Part shown: positions 51,284-62,810 of the stretch, one piece after another
How the letters are laid out: the number at the start of each line of letters is the position of its first letter
Numbering within the stretch: the first letter of the stretch is position 1
Assembly: GCA_048772705.1 (NCBI GenBank)
Contig: JBLWGC010000208.1
Location: forward strand, 124,001 to 188,000
Reading direction: 5' to 3'
DNA: 64,000 nt
Source: Leidyana gryllorum EB-2025a
Lineage: Eukaryota; Protista; Apicomplexa
Made by a program: the position numbers and the translations under genes
The notes under the pieces: generated by a model
Database searches by the model: none
What the model was told of the DNA's origin: nothing
What the model saw: only the letters and a program-made list of their open reading frames with translations

Positions 51284-52240
51284 ATGGTCAGCGAGAGGGA
51301 CCCATCCATAGGTCTCGTGCGATGGCAGTCCGTGGATATATCGATGCCCATAGAGTCCGACCAGTCGTTGGAAAGTTTCATCGAAGCCTTGCAAGGTGAG
51401 GCTGGTCCCCTCCTCCCTCGAACGGGCATCATCTATGGTGGACGATCACCCGGATTATGGCTCTTTAAGCTGGACATAACCGGTGGCGTTGATGTCTCTC
51501 AAAGTGTCTCGAGCTCGGAGGCCAGTGGAGACGGCGTCACTGCCTATGAGCCTTACCGAGGAGACGCCTTGGGACTTATACGTCAGATCCTTGACTTGAT
51601 ATATTACAGTGATTGGAGGGGCGAGAACCCCAAAGAGTTGAGTGAAGGGCAGAGTGCCTGTGTCGTAGAAACAGTTCGAGGCTTTGGTCTGGATCCATTG
51701 ATTTTGTTGCGGAATTGTCCTCGACGGCCCCCGCAACCACTTATACCACCCGCTACTGTCAATGTAGAGATCCGGCGTGTTCCGCCGAGTCCCCGGGGCC
51801 CGATTCTGGGTGACGACTTGGAAGACCTCTACACGTTGCAGGGCGGCCGGCCCGTTTTTGACGAAGATTACGCTACTCGAATCCCGCGATTGTACAATAA
51901 TGTCAAATGTCTTGAGTTGGAGTGCATTTTGGATGGAGCCAAACTGCAGCAGGAAGTCAAACCAAAGACGATATACTGGCTTCACGTTCGGGGCGTATGT
52001 GTTCACAGCTTCCCATTGATGTACATCAAGCTGTCACACAGTATTTCAGACAGCTCAACTGCAATAGACTTAGTTCAGACTGTTAAAGCGACAATGACAC
52101 TTCCTTTTGTGTTGGAGGAGGGATTTTCGGATGTCACCTTCAGATCAGCGAGAGGCCCGACACTGACTCTGACAAACCCGTACTGGCTGGCTAATTGTGG
52201 GATGGACGGTGCCATTTTTGCTTTTCACAGACAGTGGTAG
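51284..52240 (+). CDS. Hypothetical protein (318 aa)
   Basis: Intact ORF with globular composition, divergent from RPS6. Confidence 0.65.
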   Translation: MVSERDPSIGLVRWQSVDISMPIESDQSLESFIEALQGEAGPLLPRTGIIYGGRSPGLWLFKLDITGGVDVSQSVSSSEASGDGVTAYEPYRGDALGLIRQILDLIYYSDWRGENPKELSEGQSACVVETVRGFGLDPLILLRNCPRRPPQPLIPPATVNVEIRRVPPSPRGPILGDDLEDLYTLQGGRPVFDEDYATRIPRLYNNVKCLELECILDGAKLQQEVKPKTIYWLHVRGVCVHSFPLMYIKLSHSISDSSTAIDLVQTVKATMTLPFVLEEGFSDVTFRSARGPTLTLTNPYWLANCGMDGAIFAFHRQW

Positions 52241-52254
52241 TGAGCTGCTTCAAC

Positions 52255-54411
52255 ATGCGGGTGACGTACCGTCCCCGGCGGGTCAGAGTCCAGGCCACCA
52301 ACGACCCCGAAACAGGATCGCCCTCTGAGCCGCCCGCCACCGCTGAACCTGTTGTCGACCCTCCGTCCCCGGCACGGCCATTAGATCATCGTCGGAAAAA
52401 GGGGAAAATCTCTGTCACAGGTTGGCCTTGACCCTCAAGTGATCTTGAACCCAAAGAGTATTGCAGACTTATCGGCTCAAGTATGGTGCGAACAACAGCT
52501 CTTATTCACCATACAGACGGGTATATACATATATATGACGCCTGACACTTACGCGTGAACAGGGTATCGTCGGACAACCAAAGCCATGACAGAAGGCACG
52601 GCCCGCCATGAGGCTCTCGAAGAAGCTGACCACAATGTCGAGGACATTACTGTGGAGACATCCGAGGACGATCTCGGCATCAGATTACTCAATGGAATCG
52701 TTTCCCTGAAAGAGATCATCCCACATCAAGGCAAAGTCCGAGAGGTGTGGGTTGTCAATTCTCTTCCCATTGGTGGAGCGATACGTGGAGTCATTGACGA
52801 GTTGGGTGTTGTGGAAACAGGCGCTGGAAAGGTGAGTGCATTCCACAGCCGCCGACTGCGCCACTCCTTCTCTCTCCTGCACATTCCAGAGGCTGGTGAT
52901 AAGAGATACAAAGACGCGACGCGATCGCACTACCCCATCACTCGCCCAGAAGCGAACATCCGCCACCCAGCTACAAGTGTGAGTATTGCTCGCGATCGTA
53001 ACTGTGCACCATACACTTTCTATGCGTAGATATCAGGTGATGATAGAGCGGCTGAGACGTGGGGAAGTGGAGTGGTCCGTCATCTTCGACGCGTTCCAGG
53101 TAACTGACTGTGTGACCTATCTTCTTATGGGTATATTACACCCACAATGCAGTGTTCTCCAACGACGCCCTTCTCACACGAAGTTCTCCGTCAATATCGG
53201 GACCTCGAGACCCTAAGCACTCTGTATGTTGAAGCCTTCATGGAGGCGCCGGAAATGGCTGCCCATGTGGAAGTCGAGTACGACTTTGAGGGAGAAACCT
53301 TTTTAGTAGATAGGTGAGAGGCCGCTTCCACTCACTCTGCATTCCATCGTCTCGTTACAGGATACCATTCAGCTCAACAGCAGCTGAGTATTGTTTGGAT
53401 GAGCTTTTGGAATTCTGGGATGGACAACGTGAAGCCGTGGTGCCCATATTGGCAGAGAAATGGAAATGCAACAGTTGTCCGTTCCTTTCAATGTGTACAA
53501 AGACACCTCTAAACATAGAAGAGAAAGAACGAGCGGTGAACGAGATGTGGAACAAAGAGCTGGCTGCTGACTTGGATATCGAGGATCTCGTCTCTGAAAG
53601 TGGCGACAACACAGAGCCCACTCCGAATACAGACGAAGCTGCTCCTCCACCGACACAAGCATCAACCACTCGAGACCCACTGGCTCTCGACTTGGACGGG
53701 CTGGAGGAGGAGGAGGAAGAAGAGGGCGAGAGCCCGACAAAGATGACAGATGTCAGCAAGGCTCAGCATCACCCAGCTGCAGCGGCACTGGAACAGTGCA
53801 ACACTCTCGAAAGTACGCCGGCCACGCCGCAGAGTGTGTCTCCGGCGCCTGAGACCCCAATACAGAGACAACGAATGCCTCAGCCTGGGCGGATCAGTAT
53901 AAAGCGCTCTAATCCGAGCACTCGCAGAGGAGCTGTAAACCTGAGTTCCCCAAAGAAAAGACTTCCGATGGCTGAAGTGCCACTGTTCCGGGCCGCACGG
54001 AGTCCCGCTGACGTGGTGACATCTCCGATCAAGCCCACTGTTCATCGAGAAAGTCCCATCCAGGCAGCGCGGTCCGCGATGCTGGCCGCCATGGGCCAAA
54101 GCCAGGACACCGAAGACCCGAGATGGAGATCCAAACCCACTCGGTCGGTTCTCAGCTGGTCCCAGTCATCGTCTGCTGCTTCGCCTGACCCGAGGGATGA
54201 GAACGACCGAACCGGCACCAACAGCAGCCGTGTGGCTGCGAAATGCATTTATCGCGGATATAGTAGACAGAGTATAGCCGAAGCTGTACAGAGAGCTCGT
54301 GATAAGAGAGCCTATTCGCCAGCGAAGGAGATCCGGTCTCCCATTCGCAAGAAAAAGAAGATTGTTTGTCCGGATCTCTTCAACTTGGACATCCGGCACA
54401 TGGATTCCTGA
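52255..54411 (+). CDS. EXO5: Exonuclease V (Exo5/DEM1 family, Fe-S), multi-exon, with a disordered C-terminal tail
   Basis: ISVT|DLSAQVWCEQQ, MTEGTARHEALE, VREVWV, IRGVIDEL and WDGQRE...WKCNSCPFLSMC. Confidence 0.85.
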
Positions 54412-54413
54412 GA

Positions 54414-56016
54414 CTACTTGCCAAGAGCGAAATTTGGATTCTCGAACAGAGCTTTGAAACGGTCGTCCTCCAATATGGTTTTGCCAACTTGACGTTTGGT
54501 CTTGGAGTTACTCCGTTTACTCGGCACATCTTGCATTCTGGCGAGAGCTGATGCCAAATCTTCGTTGACCTTGGGTTTCTTGGTGGGCACCTTGAGACGC
54601 ATTGGTTCTTCGGCCTCGGCGTCTGCGCGGCGTTTTGCTCTCTCAATGTAACGTATATCGTCAAAACCGGCTTTCTCTCGTAGCTTCCGATATACCTTCC
54701 TATCGATGAGGAAGCCGTGAGTATGTGGTTTGAGCTCGTCTTTTAGACTATCAGGCGTAACACCTAGCGCAGCCAGATCGGCAGCACCAATGAACTCATA
54801 CTTGCCATAAAAGGCGTTTATAGGGGTGTCCTTCATATCCTCGACCACGGAGTCCAGGAACACCGCCCAAGGCGGGGCCAATCCGAGACATGGGACGAAA
54901 TGAGCACCCACTCGTGGGTGATCCTGCGCAGTGAAGATCAGGCCGCTCTTGGGATAAACGCAAATATTGTTGATCTTCGCTTGCGACTCAAACGTAGCCA
55001 ATGTCCGGGGCTCGGTTCCCTCTTCGACATTGTTGATGGGCCAGATGCGCACAAAACGCGTGTCTGCGGACACTATGGCTTGCTTACTTTCATCGAATCC
55101 ACAGAGGCTCGTGAAAGCTATATCCACTATGTGGCTGTCGATATCGTGGTCTTTCTCGATGATAGGAACAGGGTACCGGAGATCGTACAGTTTGACCCGA
55201 CCCTGACTGGTCCCAACGGCCATCTGCCTTTCACTCGCGGGATTCAAGGTAAGTGCAGTGACAGTCCTCCCCAAATCTGAGCTGATGACGTCCTCTTCGG
55301 GGACGACGTCTATCACCCGCTGAGGCTGAGTCAGAGACACGCGAGCGTCATATATCTCCACCACCGAACTGTCACCCCCAGCGAAAATCGTATTGCCCAC
55401 TTGCTGATCTACTGCCAAGACTTCGACGCTGTCCAAGTTGGGAGAGACAAACGGCTCCATCAAGCACCCCTCATGCAGATCGACTCGGTAGATATGCGAT
55501 CCAGCAGCCCCAACGTGTAGGCGAGCTGTGAACGGGTCGAATGCGAGACGTCTCCCAAAAGTTGGGAGTCGCAATTTGTGGTGGCGGCCGCCGGCGTTGT
55601 GGAACTCCAAAGTGCGATCGGCTTGGAGAAGCGCCATCTTTTGATAATCAACGGTCAAATAGTCGAAATCGACAATCTCAGAGTCCACTCGTCTGACAAA
55701 CTTCTGGCCGAGCTCTTCGGTATCATAAACCTTTATCTCAGGCGGATACATCCCGCATACGCCAACATATCGCCCATCTTTGGACAATTTCACTTTGGCG
55801 CTGCCGGTGGTGAAGTGGAATCCTTGAAGTAACTCCAGCCGGTTCTTAAAGTCCTCGTTTTTCCTATAAGGGAGCCATAAACATTACAGACTGGCGATGA
55901 TGCCCGTACCTCAAGGATTTGCTCGTCTTGAGAGCCTCTTCCAAGAACTCTGGTAGAGTCTTGCTGGCTGAGAGCGAGTATACATTGCCCTGAGCCGAAA
56001 CCGTATCAGTCAACAT
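54414..56016 (-). CDS. NOL10: Nucleolar protein 10 / Enp2 (WD40, NUC153)
   Basis: VYSLSASKTLPEFL, RLELLQGF, KLSKDGRYVGVCGMYPPEIKVYD, LGLAPPWAVFLD and DDRFKALFENPNF. Confidence 0.92.
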
Positions 56017-56036
56017 TGGGCTCTCCGAAAAAAAAA
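56017..56036. promoter_or_regulatory. 20-bp spacer between divergent NOL10 and NTH1 start codons with an A-tract (candidate bidirectional core promoter)
   Basis: TGGGCTCTCCGAAAAAAAAA; similar A/T tracts at 24813-24827, 36803-36829, 51231-51246, 57531-57543, 61231-61246 and 62794-62810. Confidence 0.45.
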
Positions 56037-57570
56037 ATGGATGACATCGAGGACCTCCCATGTCGAGCTCATTACAGAGAAGTGATGCAAGGTGGAACTA
56101 AACAGCATCTTGTATTCCACATGCAGCTGCAGCGATTATCGAAATGCGAAAGGACCGATCAGCCCCCGTAGATCATATTGGAGGCAGCACGTTGTGTGAG
56201 AAAGAAAGTCAATGTATCTAATGTCATCTCAAAGCAGTTGATAAGATTGCGGCCCCGAATGTTAGGGTGAGTGAGCCAGCGCGTGTGTTCTTTCCTGTCG
56301 ACTGCTGCTTGGCTATATAGAGATTCCATAAGCTCGTCGGTTTAGTCCTCTCGTCCCAAACGAAGGATGAGGTCAATGACGGTGAGGGCCCTTGGCTTAC
56401 TGGACTCAGCGGCTATCGAGAAGACCTCAGCTTGTATGCGTCGAATGCACGAGATTGGGTGCTGCGTGGAAACTATAAGCGCAATGACTCAAGAAGATTT
56501 AGCCAAACTCATATATCCTGTAGGATTCTACAATAATAAGGCCAAGTAAGACACATCCTCTATCCCAACCGCTACCCCGTCTCCCTGTGGTTCAGATACC
56601 TATTGGCAATTTGTGACATTTTGAAACGTGATTATCGATTGAGCGATGAGGACTATCAGAAGGTCTCCCTCCCACCAGCCGATCACGACGGTGCCGTGAC
56701 GGTAGCCACTCCCTGCAAAGCAACCTGGCGACGATCAGCACCCGCACCCCAGTCGCACGCCAGTCCCCCGGAAATCGGCCAACATGGAACCGAGGACGAC
56801 CACAAGCTCAGTGCTGATCCCCTGGATTTAGATCGCTTCAAGGATCCCAGCATGACCTCCACTCCGTCAAAGCGACGAAGAGTCTCACGGATGACGAAAG
56901 CCGACTCCGTTGAAGAAAAACCTGTTATCAGAGTCAAAGTCAAGAAAGAAGAGTTAGAGCCCGCGGACACGAGCTCACTCCAGGAGGTGCATACGCCTAC
57001 TCATGGCTCCGCCCCCTCAGTTGTCGAGGAGACTGTGGAACTGAAACTGCCAACTGCGTGGCTCACTTCCCACTATGATGTCCCTCGAAGTATTGAAGAA
57101 GTGCTCAAGTTACCGGGAGTGGGGTCAAAGATGGCAACCCTTTTTATGGTGGCGGTAAGCGGAGACACCCCTTCCACTACCATCCTCGCACAGGCTTGGG
57201 ATGAGTGTGTAGGGATCGGAGTGGACGTACATGTGCATCGAGTGAGTAATCGGCTGGGGTGGGTACGAACTAAGACGGCTGAGAAAACACAACCTGCATT
57301 GGAGAGCTTCATCGATCGGTAAGCCATCGCCGTATTGTGGACGACGACGTCTTTTGTTGCGCGGGCCCCCACAGATCCGAGTGGCGCGATGTGAATGTGT
57401 TGCTGGTGGGATTCGGTCAGCAGCGTTGTAAGGCAGTAAATCCGGGCTGTTCTGATTGTCTGGCATTGAAGTGGTGCCCAGCAGGGCAGGAGATGGTAGC
57501 TGCCGGAAGCAGCAAACGTCGTAGGACGGCCCAAAAAAATTTGATTCGGTCTGATTGGACTGAGGCCTGA
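56037..57570 (+). CDS. NTH1: Endonuclease III-like DNA glycosylase (HhH-GPD, Fe-S), multi-exon
   Basis: [54 protein letters not shown] and [26 protein letters not shown]. Confidence 0.93.
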
Positions 57571-57572
57571 GG

Positions 57573-60500
57573 ATGGCCTTCAGTTACAAATTCTCGAACC
57601 TATTGGGCGTTCCGTATGGACGCAGTACGTTCGAGTTCACTGACGACGGGAATGCTCTCATTTCTGCTGCTGGGAATCGATTAGTGTATAAAGGTGGGAT
57701 CATAGGTGTACTCAATATTCCATAGCCCTCTCCAGACTTGGTGAATCAGCAGAGCTTTGCTCTCGGGATCGAGGCTCCTGAGGACGTTGACCACGTTCTC
57801 ATTTGTCCTCAGCAGCGGAATGGGCGAACAAACGCCGTGACTGCCATTATGGTGGACTGCGGAGGTCGAGTGATATTGGTCAATCTCGAGTCTTTGGTTT
57901 CTTTGGCTCGGGTTTCTCTCGGAGAGAGAGTCACCGCTGCGGCTATATCGCCCGATGGTCTCTACGTAGCATTCGCTCACGGGCGAAAAATCTCTGTCTT
58001 TGATATTCAGTCCGAGCAATGGCGATTTATTCGTATTTGGGAGAAATCAGGGCACACTGACTCTATTAACTGTTTGAGCTGGGCCCCCCAAGGCCACATT
58101 TTCGTCACGGGGTCCAACGATTTTACCGTGAGGGTATGGGCAGTCAATCCCCCTGTGGGATATGCGCCATTGGCATTCGTGGATCACCGTTCGGCTGTGC
58201 GCCATGCGGCTTTCTCGCCCGACGGGAGCCGCATAATTAGCGTCAGTCGACAGGGGGTGCGTCTGATATGGGAATGGACTGAGGAGGAATTGGAGGGGCG
58301 CGAGAATCGCGGGAAGGACATCCGACCCAGCCGTTTTCTGAAGAAAGGTGAAGAAATCTATCAGCAACGGCTACGCGACCGTTATGGAGATGACACTGTC
58401 AAAGACGAGGCAATGAAGAATGAGACTGACGCTGCAGAGGGACCCTCCGATGCAGAGCCTCCGGCGAAACGCGCACGATTGGAACGTCCCATCTCGGACG
58501 TATCCCGGGTGCAGAACGGAAGTTGGAGAGTATTGTCCCGAGAATACATTGAGAAAGAACCAATGATCACTGTCACAAGCTGCTCCTATCACGCGGACAG
58601 AGACGTCCTCGCGGTTGGTCTGAGTTCAGGTGTTGTTGTCATGTACGAGAAAGGGCAAGAAGTCGAGGATGGGCGAGTTGCGTTCGGCAACAGTCCAGTC
58701 ACTCATGTCAAACTCAACAGTGATGGAGAATGGGTCGCTGTTGGCTTAGAGGGGGGTGGACATTTGGCTGTTTGGGAATGGCAATCGGCCACATATATAC
58801 TCAATGACGAAGGAGACATCAACGGAATGCGTTCTGTGGCTCTAATGCCCGCGGGTTTACTGGATCCGTTTGCCAATAAACAGGACGGCAAACAGGTTCG
58901 TGAGACTCAAGATCGCATGATCGGTACCGCAAGTCGAAATATCATGGCCACTGGGGCTATGGATGGGAAGGTCCGCTTGTGGGATGTCACGAGTGGGAGA
59001 GTGCTGGCCGTCCTCTCAGGTCACACGTCTCCAGTTACGTCTCTGGTCTTCACCCCGCAGATGAATGCTGTTCTGACGGCGGGGTTGGACGGCACTGTAA
59101 TGGCATTCGACATTCTCAAGCGGAAAGCCTTTCGCACAATGAGTGCCCCGGAAGTCAACGAGGGTGTGGCACCTCAAATCAATTCACTAGCGATCAATTC
59201 GTCAGGAGAGATCGTAGCCGGTGGCAGTCAAGGGAGCGATTGTCGGGTATACCTGTGGTCTCTACAGACCGGGAAGTTAATTGACACACTCAGTGGTCCT
59301 GACGAGCCGATCTCGGCTGTCGAATTCTCTCCTTCCATCTCAAAATCGGGAACCTTAGCTGCTGCAAGTCAAGATGGCACTGTTACCCTATGGGATATCT
59401 TTGGGCGTGCCGGTAAGGGCGGTGTACCCGCTGTTCTTCCGGGTAACAGTGCGGCGGTTGCCATAGCCTTTGATCCTCGAGGCAACAACAAGTTGGCGGT
59501 ATCCCATCTGGCGGGTCAAGTTGTCCTCTGGGACGTTGAGACTGAACAGATATTGGGTCACATTGATGGGCTGCGCGACATTGAGATTGGGAGAGTTCCC
59601 GGTCAACGGACAACAGCCGATAATAGTCGACAATTATATGAGGTGAGTCTATCATGGATCCCGTGAGATCAACAATTATCTCCTTTGGTGCACAGAAAAC
59701 CAACAAGTTTTCACGAGACGCCAACCCCAACGTCCACTTCTCATCGATCACGTTCACGGGGCACGGCCTCTATCTGGCAGCCGCAAGTCATTTGTCCTCC
59801 AAGGTAGGTGGAACCCTACTCAACGTCGATTTGTCTTTCTTAGATATGTATCTATAACGCGGACAACCAACAACTGTTGTTCTCGTTCAAGTTGACTCAC
59901 AATGCGTCATTACACGGACTGCTACGAGTATTGAACAGCAAATATGTTAATGAGGCCGGAATTCATCAAGAAGATTTGGACCTCTCTGACGATGATTTGG
60001 ACGACGAACATCGTCTTGCTCGACGTCTCCAGGATCAGCTGGCGCTCCCGGGTACCAAATTGAGTGCAGCCGCGGTGGCCGCGGAGAGAAAACGGCTTCG
60101 AGTCTGGAGGATCTGTGCTTCCACTGACTCTCGACAGTTGGTGGTGGCTACAAGTCATGGGGCATTCTGTTATGACTTGGATCTGCAGTCACTGACGGGG
60201 AACCAGTTGGGCCGGAGTCACGTTCTCTACTCGAGATTGAATAGTTTTGCACCAATCCTGTTGACCAGTGAGACCACCAGAGACAATGTGGCATTGGCGA
60301 TATCGGAAGAGGACTATTCAAAGGTAGGCAGAGTTTGTTTGATAAGCACCTTTTATAATCTTCTCTTCTTCTGCAGGCTCTGCGGCTGGCTCTGTCACTG
60401 AATGACGTGTCTCTTGTCGCTTGCGTTTACTCGCGCATTGAGTTGAAGGAGATCAGTTTGCTAGCGAAGCTATTGCCTCCTCGCCTAGTCCCAGCGTTGT

Positions 60501-60805
60501 TAAACTTCATAAGAGCTTGTCTCTCGCCGTCGGTGGTGAGGGACGAAAGGAGTCGCGAGGCTCTGGCAGCAGTTGCGCCCAGGCTTCAGACTCATCTAGC
60601 GTGGCTGGTGCAGTTGCTGTGGGTGCAATCCTCCAGCACGCTCGACTTGGTAGCCACTGAGAGTGACAACAAGGGAGGTGTTGGGGAGATGAGAACATTG
60701 ATTCTGATGGTGCTCAAGGAGCTGCAGGAGGTCAAGGAGAGCTTGGCATCGTTGTTCGAGGAGAATAGACACTTATTGAATTTCCTCGCAACCGCTATAG
60801 TGTGA
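57573..60805 (+). CDS. PWP2: Periodic tryptophan protein 2 (Utp1), WD40, multi-exon
   Basis: MAFSYKFSNLLG..GNR start, GHLAVWEWQSATYIL, ATGAMDGKVRLWD, AGLDGTVMAFD..FRT and IDGLRDI. Confidence 0.93.
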
Positions 60806-60986
60806 TACGACGACTGATTACGACTGGTCCGTCGCCTCTTTCCCTCTCTCTAAGCTGAACAGATTAGAATTAGTAGTTAATGCCCGGTACCGAACTGATA
60901 GATGGTTAAGACATGCTATGCTGATTTCAGTACACGGAGACCACCAGCCACAAACAACAAACACAAACACTACAGAAGCCTCAAGC

Positions 60987-61198
60987 TTAAGCGTTCATGC
61001 CGAGCTTGGTACGGCGCCAGTGCCTTCTCTTAGCATTCCATCTGAGAGAGAAATAATAATAAAGGGCGCGAGATAGAGTCTGGGTTCTTACCTGATAGTG
61101 TTGTCAGTCTTCTGACGGACGAAAGTGGGGATGGGGCGGTTCTGCTTGGTCTTCTTGCCCAGGCGCTTCTTAAGGTAGAGAGTCTTCACGGACCCCAT
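60987..61198 (-). CDS. RPL39: 60S ribosomal protein L39 (eL39), 2 exons
   Basis: [24 protein letters not shown]...IR|[14 protein letters not shown]. Confidence 0.95.
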
Positions 61199-61287
61199 CG
61201 TGTTCTTGTCAGATAAAGTTGGGCTGGCGACCTGGAAAAAAATTCGGGGTCTAATCTTCAGCAAAATTTCGGACACAACGGATTGTT

Positions 61288-62793
61288 CTATTTTCGGTTT
61301 AGGAGTAATTGCAGTGTGGGATCTACAGGAAGAACAGAACTAACAGACAAGTTCACACGGCAGGACTGCTGCCCGTAGAACGAAGTCTTGTAAACAGCTT
61401 TCCGATTTATATCTTGATCTTCCTTAATATTGTTGTTGCTGCTGGCTGCATTGTTGTCGTCATCTTCCTCCTGGCTTTCAGCCTCCTCCTCCTCCTTCCC
61501 ACCAGTTAGCGATTTATTATTGTCTTGTTGAGTGGTACCTTTCTGAGCGATCAACTCATTTCGACGTTTGGCTCTCAGCACATCTTTTAACTGTTTCTTA
61601 TTATCCTTTCGAACCTAAAATGAAGACGAATGACGGCGGTCGGTCGATCGCAGAGATCCAACAACTCACCTGGGCAGCCACTTCTCGACGTTCTCGTCTG
61701 GCGGCTTCTTCGGCTCTTTTCTTCCGAAGAGCTTTCTTCTCTTGCTTCCTTTTGGAGAAACCAGTTAAATACTTTCTGTTCCGACAAAGCGAATTCGTTG
61801 CCCGCCAATGCTCGTTGACTTACTTTCTGTCCTCAGCGTCCAATCGAGCCACTGTCTTCACGCCATTACCCATACTTGGTGCCAAAAAAAAGGAGGGTCT
61901 TTTTCCCACCTCATCCCTAGAGCCCCGAGGCTTGTTGAACGAACCGCTTTCGATAGCTGTAGGGGTCCTTTAGTTGCCGATATTCAATGGCAATCTGAAC
62001 GGGTGTTTCTGATGCTTTGAACGGATTGCTTGGTGCAGGCTGGGGTACAAAAGTGACAGTATCACCGAGCATACCACTCTGAGATCCCATCATAAATGAG
62101 GGTCCCGCCATGAAAGTAAATCTTTCCTCCTCGTCAGCAGCAGTCTTGTTACGCTCAAGTTGGTCCTCTGCCACTTTAGCTGAGAACTCAACTGATCGGG
62201 GAGAGACGCCGCCGCCTCGATGGGTGGAAGCTGCGGTGGTTGTCGTGCGGGCCAAAGTCTGTTGAGAAGCGAGTCTCAGGGCCGTCGCCGATACTCCGCC
62301 TCCCGTCGTCGACTGGGGTTGCTGGACGGCCGCAGGCGTCTCTCTGAGAGTGCGAGCGGCATCAGCGTTCCCAGGATCTCTTTTCGAGGCAGTGTTCTTA
62401 GCCCCAGACCGATCTTTGGTGGGTGGACGTGGCGAACTTGAGGAGGTCGACCACGACTCAGATTGACGGTTAGGTCCCTGAGTGCCAGCGCCTATCCATG
62501 GAATGAACCTGCAATGAGAGATACTTCCACCAAATCGGGGAGCAATCGGCTGCTAACTCGGTGGCTCGAGTTTCCACTGTACTGACAGACGTGGTATGAG
62601 CCTTACGGGTCACCTCGGCTTCTTGAAGCAGACTACCTTTTTCCACCTTGACAGCTGCTTCGCTTTCATCAGACTCGTCTGTTGGTACTCGTCTGCAACA
62701 TCGAAACCGAGATTTTGTCCGTTCTTTGTTGGCTCTGTCCTTCTTGTTACGCTGGGAAGGGTGGGACCCACCTGACACGTCTTTCTGAGTCAT
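61288..62793 (-). CDS. Hypothetical multi-exon protein(s), low complexity
   Basis: Chain of - strand ORF pieces separated by intron-sized gaps; structure not resolved. Confidence 0.45.
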
Positions 62794-62810
62794 CTACTGA
62801 AAATTTGATC

